Shown piece after piece: positions 54,849 to 64,000 of a DNA stretch of 64,000 bases (position 1 is the stretch's first letter; every line of letters begins with the position of its first letter). The notes under the pieces are model-generated. The model was not told the origin of the DNA, did no database searches, and saw only the letters and a program-made list of their open reading frames with translations. The stretch is from Octopus sinensis (taxonomy: Eukaryota), in assembly GCF_006345805.1 (NCBI RefSeq), contig NC_043002.1, positions 23,436,001 to 23,500,000 on the forward strand, given 5' to 3'. Made by a program: the position numbers and the translations under genes.

Positions 54849-56442
54849 GTAAACTAGATCCTTTTCGCAAAGTCTACTGTTTTCTTTTTTTTTTTTTTGG
54901 TCTCTTTTGCTGAACTGCTAAGTTACATGGATATAAACATACCAACACCAGTTGTCAAGTGAGGGTGAAACACACACACACACATACGATGGGCTTCCAC
55001 ACAGTTTCCATCATCCAAATTTACTCACAAGGCAGATGCTTGCCCAAAATTTCACACTCTGGGACTGAACCCAAAACCACATGGTTGCAAAGCAAGCTTC
55101 TTAACCACACAGCCATGCCTGAGAAGAGAATTTCTCCACTTGATAATGTGATGATTTATCACTCAAATAAATTGCATGAAACAAATGGTTCCTTGATGAT
55201 AACAGTCTTCAATGATATATGAGAACCTCACTAGATACTTTACATTACTAGTTTTGTCCTAGATTATTTTGAATTTAAATCTCACTATGATTGTACTTAA
55301 TTTTAATATAATATTACTTTCCTGTTTGGCCATGGCCTCATCAACTTTTTTTAGTTCCACTTGAAAAGGAAGATGAGAGTAGAGAGGGAAGTGCTGTCTT
55401 GTAGCAAATTTATTGAAAGGTGGGTGAATGTCGGTAAAATGGCCAGTATGAACGGACCAATTCTGAGGTTACACCTGTAAAAAAAAGGTAATATAAAAGG
55501 AGAAGGGGCTCTTTGCTCCTTTTTGACCAGGATTCCATTGCTTTTATGAGTAACCTTTCAAAGCACCTCCCCCTATTAGGAGTTTTATTTGTTATATTTT
55601 TCGCTGTTATTTTCGCAAAACCCTTTGTACTTTACGTCCTTTGTTTGTCCTCACATGTTTTTTTATTTAGCCCTTGTGGCCAATAAAACCAGAATTAATT
55701 ATTATTATTATTATCATTATTATTATTATTATTATTAATATTTAAGGTAAGGTGGCAAATTGGCAGAATCATTAGCATGCCAAGCATTTCGTCCTTTACA
55801 CTCTGAGTTCAAATTCCATCGAAGTCAAGTGTGCCTTTCATCCTTTTGGGATCAATAAAGTAAGTACCAGTTGAATGCTGGGGTCGATGAAATCAACTTT
55901 ACCCCTCCTCAAACAAATTGCTGGCATGGGTTGGACAGTTCAACTGGAGTCTGGGAAGCTAGAAGGCTGCACCAGGCCCAGTCTGATCTGGCAATGTTTC
56001 TACAGCTGGATGGCCTTCCTAACACCAACCACTCCGTGAGTGTAGTGGGTGCTTTTTACGTGCCAGACGAGGCTGGCAAACAGCCACAATCGGATGGTGC
56101 TTTTTACGTGCCACCGGCACAGGGGCCAGGCGAGGCTGGCAACAGCCACAATCGGATGGTGCTTTTTACGTGCCATGGGCATGGAGGCCCATCGGGGCGG
56201 CGCTGCCAACGGCCACGTTCGGATGGTTCGCTTACATGCCACCGGCACTGGTATCACAGCTACAATTTCTGAAATATATTTAGCTGCCTTATGATGTTTA
56301 ATTTTAAATGAAACTGTAAAAAAAAGTAATTCTGAACCTTCAAATAGGTTTGTCTGGTACCTATATAAACACAGTCATTATTCTTTCCACATGCACTGTT
56401 TAATATCTGATTAATGTGACCCAAGTTCCTGCTATTTCACAG

Positions 56443-56626
56443 GTCATCATACAACACTCGGTTTTTTGTACTGCCATGCTGTCTGTACAATTTTGATAGC
56501 AAATACAATGAGAAGACTACAGGCTTGACCAGTTATCGAACGTACTTAAATTATGTCAAAAGAATTATTACAGTGTGTGGCTTTCAAGTTGAAGAAGATG
56601 TACTCCGAATACCATCAACCAAGCAA
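56443..56626 (+). CDS. TRMT44: TRMT44 exon 8
   Basis: FFVLPCC...SYRTYLNYV...LRIPSTK; not in the ORF track, read manually. Confidence 0.92.
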
Positions 56627-59197
56627 GTATGCCATGTTACAAATTTTTAAATAATACTTCTCCATTATATATCAGTGTCTTACATATTAATAATTTGGGG
56701 ATTTGACATTTATATATATATATATATATTCTCTTATATAAAATCTGTTCTATCTGTCTCTGTGTGTTTCTTCTCAGATCTCGGCTATCCTCCATCCAAT
56801 TGTGCTCAAATTTGATATGTAGATATTGACAGTATCAGGGCATGTATAAGTCTTGAAAATATTACAAAAATCGATTCCAGGTGAGAAAGCGATCAATAAA
56901 GCATTCTTTGGAATAGAAAAAAAGTCTATCTTTATTTCTTCTTTTGCTGGTGTCTCAAATTTAGGTTAAATCAGTGTTTCTCAAAGGGGAGGCCTATGGG
57001 ACGGTTGGACAAGTTGTTTTGAGAAAATTTGGTATAAATGTTTGACAACTCAGCACCGTCCATTGGACGGTGGGGGTGCTCATCTTCTATATATAAAAAT
57101 ACACACACACACTCATACACATCCATAATCATTATCATCACTACCATTTAGTGTCTGTTGTCCATGGGTTGGATGGTGTGACCACAGCTGGCAAGCCAGG
57201 GAGCTGCACCAGATTCCAGTCTGTTTTGGCATGGTTTCTCCAGCTGGATGCCCTTCCTAACACCATCCACTTTATAGAGTATGAGGGGTGCCTTTTACAT
57301 GGCTCCACACAGGCACTTTTATGTGACACCACAAGGGCACTTCTATGTGGCACCGCATGGGTGCTTTTATGTGACACCACAGGCACTTTTACATGGAACT
57401 GCCATGAGTGCTTACCCTCACACATAATTATTTTCTCTAGCCTGGACATCATGCTGTTCATGTTTGAAGGACCAAGGAAAATATTACCTAACTTGGAAAT
57501 AGGTGAGAGTGATGACTTGAGGAGCATCCAGCCAAGCATGGAAGAATGGATGTTATTAAAATAATGATGATGAAACACTAATGATATTTATCATCATCAT
57601 CATCATTTTATATCTACCTTCTATTCTAGCATAGATTAGCTAGATCATCATAGCTCAGTCAGTTCTTATTCAGAATTGCCTCTGTCCCATCCTAGGTATG
57701 GGCCTTCAATTATGCTTCACTTCCTACTTTTCATTTTTACATGATTTCTACCCTTCTTAACACCAACCACTTTACAGATTGTTTTTTTTTTCTTTTGTTT
57801 TTGTTTTTTTCTTTTTTTGGCGGGGGTTGTACCACAAATATTAGTGTAATAGCCATGTCCTTGACAAGACTAAAGGTTCTTCCTAACCCTTCAATGTCTC
57901 TGCCAACCACTTTACAACATGTACTGGGTGCATTTTATTACAGAACCAGCTGGCTTCTTCAATCTTTGTAAACAAGAGGCTCAACCAAATAGTGTTGATT
58001 ATTTCCAATTCTCCTCATAACAATGTCTGAGTTGTTTGTAAAACTGATTGGGTTTGGTGTCAGGAAAGGCATCTGGCTGTGGAAAACTTTGTCCCAACTA
58101 ACTCTCATCTGACATACAAACATAGAAAAGTAAACATTAAAATAATGATGATGATAATGTGTGTGCGTGTCTGTATTTATGCATATGAAATATATATATG
58201 GCGGTGCCCCAGCATGGCCACAGCTCATGAGCTGAAACTAGAATCAATCAATCAATCATATACTGAGCAAGGTCATTGCCAGTGCCACTGGACTGGCTCC
58301 TGTGCAGGTGGCACGTAAAAAACACCATTTGAGCATGGCCGTTGCCAGAACTGCTAGACTGGCCCTCGTGCCAGTGGCACATAAAAGCACCCACTACACT
58401 CTTGGAGTGGTTGGCATTAGGAAGGGCATCCAGCTGTAGAAACTCTGCCAGATCAAGATTGGAGCCTGGTGCAGCCATCTGGTTCGCAAGTCCTCAATCA
58501 AATTGTCCAACCCATGCTAGCATGGAAAGCGGACATTAAACAATGATGATATGCATGTGTAAGTGTGTGTACAATATCTACATTTGGGTCTTTTGCCCTT
58601 TTGTGTCTACATGTGTTAACTCAGCCACCACTTTGACACCTTTTCATCTGTATGTTGTTGCTTAACTTGCTAGAAACAGCAACTAAATTCCTCTTGAATC
58701 ATACCCTATTGGCATAAATATGTGAGATGTGTCTACTGAGGGCAATGTGATTCAGGATACACCAACTAGGATGATTATGATTCTAATACCTTTGGCCATA
58801 AGTTCACTTAATCAGGACTAGGCTGTTCTAGGCTAAAGAACAACAGAACACCTTTCAGCTATTGATTGTTTAAATAGTAATACAAAATATATTCAAATAC
58901 TGACCACCTACGTATATAACAATACATTCACCTACGTAACAAATATTATAACACACAGTCATATATTGTTAGTTATAACAGGTTGTATAAAGTAAGCTAT
59001 CTTTCTGCTTTCATACTTTTAAAAGTTTTTGATTAATTTTAGACCAAATATTTGTTCCTGTTTCAGAGTTTCATTTGTTTTCAAATTTTATTGCAATCAT
59101 ACTATGGCTGTAGAGTATTTTTCAAAGATTTTACTTATGTTTCTTGTTTTGTTTTGGGTTTGTCGTTTTTAATCCCTCTGTCCTTTTCCATTAATAG

Positions 59198-59540
59198 ATT
59201 TGCTTGTATGGGAAAGCACGAACATATTCTCAATCAGAAGAATCAGACATTGATAAAAGAATAACAGAATTTATAGAAAATCAATGTTCAAAGAACAAAC
59301 TATTACATAACAAAAGTGAAGATTCCAAGCCAATGCCTGCAGATTTGATGAATATGAAAGATGCTAATACTTGGTCTGACAACTTCAAGCCTAGACTGGC
59401 TCAAAAAACATCTGGGATGTGCAAGTCAGTTCCCTGGGACGTTAAAATTGATGTTGTTAATGTGGTTGTAGAAAAGATTTTAGCAGCTGATCACAGCAAG
59501 TTTATCAATCTTCCAGATGGAAGAGTGTGGCACAAGGGAG
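59198..59540 (+). CDS. TRMT44: TRMT44 exon 9
   Basis: ICLYGKARTY...FKPR...WHKGG; phases 0 and 1. Confidence 0.88.
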
Positions 59541-60811
59541 GTAATGTTTTGTTTGTTTGGTTTTTATTCTTACTTATCAGTTGATTAGTAATTAACAGAT
59601 TCACTCACCAAGACACCACAGCAAATGTCTCACAAAAGAAAATCATTGTGTATTCTTCTTCTACTACTCCAATAGCTTCTGCTTCTCTGAACAAGTAAAC
59701 AGTATACAACCACTACCCAGGCCAGTTTCATGTGCAGCCTTTCCACTTCTCACCATCCTTTCTGTATCTCACTTAGAAATCCTGTACTAAACACTTTACT
59801 CAATCATTATTCCTTTTCATCTGATACTCTCTCAAGCTCCTTCTTTCCCATGTTTTCTTACAGACACCAACCTACAGGAGTTCAAACTGTCAGCTATGTC
59901 AGCTTCATGAGTCTGGAAGCTCCAAAAATAATGGGTACTGTCCCTCCTTCTCTGATTAACTTTTTGAAGGAAGTTCACAAGCAACTGCCAGATGACAATA
60001 AGAATAAGGTAGTAAGGGTGATAGAAGTCAAACTTGACCTTGTATATATGTGCAGATGCATAATCAAGGCTTTTTGGAGACAGACGTTTGCCCATGCATG
60101 CCTCTCTACATCATTGATGTTTATCCAAAGGAAAGGCTGCCAACTTGAGTTGATAGTATGTTAGTCAAATATCAAGAGGAGATCCACATTCATTACAAGC
60201 TCCAACCAACAGAAGTTTAAGATGGACTTTAGCTGCATAACCAAGGTTGACCTAGGTTAAACAATAACAATCATGAGCCAAACTTATTCTTATTTTGTCC
60301 AATTTATTTCTCAATACATTTGTACTTTGTCCTCCATATATACTGATGTTGGATATCATATCTTTCACATCCCATGTCTCACTACCATGTAACATTTTAG
60401 TTTGTGTACAAGCATCAAACAATCTTCCTTTGGCTCTGAGAGAGAGACACCTTTTGTTACCAACACAGGTAATAGCCCTGTGAATATTCTCCCAATTTCT
60501 CTTACTCTAGCAACTATACTTTCAGATTGTCCTCTTTCACCCCTTATTATTAGGTCACCTAGATAGCTGAAATTGTCTACTACCTTTAGGGATGTTTATG
60601 GGCATTTGAGAAAATCTGTTTCCTGTGTGCTCTTAGTGTTTATCATTCCTGCATATCTTCCACATACAAAGTCTACTTTAACCTGCCTATGATACCAGTC
60701 TTGTGGGTCCAAAGTCTATGTTCTCAACTTTTGACACCTATTTTTAAACCCACCACCCCTACATATATATTTCATAATCAATCACTAACCTTATACCATT
60801 TTCACCTTCAG

Positions 60812-60928
60812 GGGAAATACCACTTCCAGAGGTTGCTCAACTTCTAAATCAAGACACTCTGAACTATCTAAAGACAGAAAATGGCGGCCTGCAGACACTT
60901 CTGCGCAACTTCAGCCACATTTTCCATG
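60812..60928 (+). CDS. TRMT44: TRMT44 exon 10
   Basis: LPEVAQLL...LKTENGGLQTLLRNFSHIF; phases 1 and 1. Confidence 0.9.
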
Positions 60929-62633
60929 GTAAGTAGGTTAAAAATTTCCATTAAACTCTCAGTGCCACATAAAAACACCCAGTATTCTCTGTAAAGTGGT
61001 TGGAATTAGGAACAGCATCCAGCCATAGAAGCCATGCCAAAAACAGGCATGAACCTGGACCAACTCTTGTCAAACCGACCAACCCATACCAGCATGGAAA
61101 ACAGGCATTAAATGGTGATGATGATGATTAACCCTTTCATGGCTATATCTTGTAATTAAATGCACTAAGAGATATTTTAAATTTAGTAAACTTTAGGTGG
61201 AGGTATGGTTGTGTGAACAAGAAACTCGCTTTGCCAACATGTGGTTTTTGGTTCAGTTCCACTACATGGCACCACAATCAACTGTCTTCTACTGTAGTCC
61301 CAATCCAACCAATCCTTGTGGGTGAATTTGGTTGACAGAAACTGTGAGGAAGCCCATGTGTCGTGTTTGTTCCCTACCACCATTTGACAACTAGTGTTGG
61401 TTTTTTTTTTTTACTCCCCTCTCCATAACTTAGCCATTCACCAAATGAGACCAATAGAAGAAGTAATAGATTTATTTTTTAAATATATACTAAGATCAAT
61501 TTGTTGGACTAACTCCTTCAAGGCAGTGCTCCTGCATGGCCACAGTCTAATGACTGAAACAAAAGATAACCACACAGCCATGCCTGTTGGTTAAGAAGTC
61601 TGATTCACTAAACCATGGTTCTGGGTTCTATCTTACTGCATAGCACCTTAAGCAAGTATTTTCTACTATGGCCTCAGGCTAATGAATGCTTTGAGTAAAA
61701 TTTGGTACACACAAACTGTATGAAAATCCATCAGATATGTTTGCATATGTGTGTGCATGAATGTTTCTGCATCTTGTCCCATTTCATTATGTGAGCAGAA
61801 ACAATGACAGTATTTTTGTCTCTCATGCACAACATGTCCCAATAGCTCAGTAGTTCCACCATGCACAAAGACCAGTTGGATAATAAATACTTTACTTGAA
61901 AGACAAGAGTTGGCAGCAGGAAGGAGATCCAGCTGTAGAATACTGCTTCAATAACTCTTGTCCAGTTCTCTGCCTGCATAAGGATAGCAGACATAAAAAT
62001 GATGTTGGTTATAATGTCATCACACTAGTAACTTAACAAAAATTCTTTAAACTTCTGACAAATTTTTATTCAACTATGAACAGTTTCAAAAATGGACATT
62101 TTTCTTATTAAAGAATCAAACAATTTGGAATCAAAGGTTAACTTCAATTTCTAACATTTATTGATCTTTTAACCCTTAATGACAATTATTTAATTAAATT
62201 TTTCATAATTATAAAATTGATTAATACAAAAGCTGAGTCTTTCCATATAAAGATGGTAACAAAATTGGCTAATATGCTACATACATTACTCAATGCTAAT
62301 TACTCAAGGTGATATAAAGTTTAGTTTAAACATCCAAACATTAAACTCTCAAATAACAAGCAGTGGTAGCACTGCTGAATTGGTGAGTGTTCTAGTAGCT
62401 TAAGTCCTGGAGTTTCAGTTCTCTTGTTGGAGAATAGCATCCAAACATAACCTACCCACCTCATATATATGTGATGAGCTTCCTACAGGTTTCCTTCTAC
62501 TGTTTCTAGTCCTAAGACATACACAGCTCAAGGTTACATGCACTGGAAACAAACCTGAAATCATGGATTTTATTTTGATATACACAGAAAAATATTTATA
62601 TTTTAATATTGTACTGTTTTTCTCTTTGTCCAG

Positions 62634-62836
62634 TGATTTCTAGTACAGTACAGCTGAGGGATTACACACAACCATGGCAACAGAGGAGGAAAGTGAAGCA
62701 GAAAAACACTGCCAGATCTTACAAGACTTCACTATGCTGGTTTCATCAAAACCATCCAGATGGTTGCCCTGTCAGCAGAGAAGAGTGTAACTTTGCACAT
62801 GGAGAAGAAGAATTGAGAGAAAAGACACATCACTGA
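62634..62836 (+). CDS. TRMT44: TRMT44 exon 11 (CCCH zinc finger, stop)
   Basis: KTSLCWFHQNHPDGCPVSREECNFAHG, then TGA. Confidence 0.92.
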
Positions 62837-62899
62837 GATATGGAGGAGGGGAAATTCAGAGAAAGAACATTTTCCCATCTTACTGAGAGAGAGAGAGAG

Positions 62900-63630
62900 A
62901 GTGAGTGAGTGAGTGAGTGAGTGAGTGAGTGAGTGAGTGAGTGAGTGAGTGAGTGAGTGAGTGAGTGAGTGAGTGAGTGAGTGAGTGAGTGAGTGAGTGA
63001 GTGAGTGAGTGAGTGAGTGAGTGAGTGAGTGAGTGAGTGAGTGAGTGAGTGAGTGAGTGAGTGAGTGAGGAGTGAGTGAGTGAGTGAGTGAGTGAGTGAG
63101 TGAGTGAGTGAGTGAGTGAGTGAGTGAGTGAGTGTGAGTGAGTGAGTGAGTGAGTGAGTGAGTGAGTGAGTGAGTGAGTGGTGAGTGAGTGAGTGAGTGA
63201 GTGGTGAGTGAGTGAGTGAGTGATGTGAGTGAGTGAGTGATGAGTGAGTGAGTGAGTGAGTGAGTGAGTGAGTGAGTGAGTGAGTGAGTGAGTAGTGAGT
63301 GAGTGAGTGAGTGAGTGAGTGAGTGAGTGAGTGAGTGAGTGAGTGAGTGAGTGAGTGAGTGAGTGAGTGGAGTGAGTGAGTGAGTGAGTGAGTGAGTGAG
63401 TGAGTGAGTGAGTGGAGTGAGTGAGTGGTGAGTGAGTGAGTGAGTGAGTGAGGAGTGAGTGAGTGAGTGAGTGAGTGAGTGAGTGAAGTGAGTGAGTGAG
63501 TGAGTGAGTAGTGAGTGAGTGAGTGAGTGATGAGTGAGTGAGTGAGTGAGTGAGTGAGTGAGGAGTGAGTGAGTGAGGAGTGAGTGAGTGAGGTGAGTGA
63601 GTGAGTGAGTGAGTGAAGTGAGTGAGTGAG

Positions 63631-63686
<56 letters not shown>

Positions 63687-63708
63687 TGTGTGTGGTGTGT
63701 GTGTGTGT
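62900..63708. repeat. (GAGT)n followed by (GT)n microsatellite downstream of the TRMT44 stop
   Basis: Read directly. Confidence 0.97.
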
Positions 63709-64000
63709 AAGTGAATGATTGAGTGGGTGTTTTAAATAAATTTAATAAATTTTTGATTTTTCTACATTTTCTTTCATTCATTCTTATAAATAATCACATC
63801 TTGCTGACAGGGAGTCAAATTATCGACTGAAATATTAAGGGTTCATATTGTCAATGTATGAGCAAGGCATAATTGATGGGGATACTTAACTCTGAATAAA
63901 ACTAGAGGTGTAGCCAGGCTCAAGAAAAAGGCACCATGGCACATACCAAACAATTTTTAAGTCATTTCTCTTATATTATGCAAAATATTTCATTAATTAT

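Noticed and set aside
59730-60164. 144-aa intronic ORF as an extra TRMT44 exon or nested gene
   Set aside because: Exons 9 and 10 already join in phase, and no recognisable motif is present; likely decayed repeat sequence.
62732-63781. 349-aa THSL-repeat ORF antisense to TRMT44
   Set aside because: Translation of (ACTC)n; no coding complexity.

Overview
AT-rich, microsatellite- and SINE-dense eukaryotic DNA; the repeat families point to a coleoid cephalopod (Octopus-like; inference). Two spliced + strand genes were reconstructed with phase-consistent GT-AG introns. One is a 333-aa copine-type vWA protein with an N-terminal hydrophobic anchor and no C2 or RING domain (7938-8609, 13767-14096). 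The other is an 11-exon, about 706-aa TRMT44 tRNA Um44 2'-O-methyltransferase with a C-terminal CCCH finger (44884-62836). The rest is degraded transposons (R4/Dong-like LINE, Tc1/mariner, Helitrons, SINEs), simple repeats (including a 3.2-kb (GGAT)n tract) and a 100-N gap. The most unusual signal is a set of short elements, often head-to-head inverted, carrying minimal type I hammerhead-ribozyme motifs of the Penelope-like kind. In one of them, in TRMT44 intron 4, a U6 snRNA copy replaces the ribozyme and is fused exactly at the predicted self-cleavage site, which suggests RNA ligation before retrotransposition.
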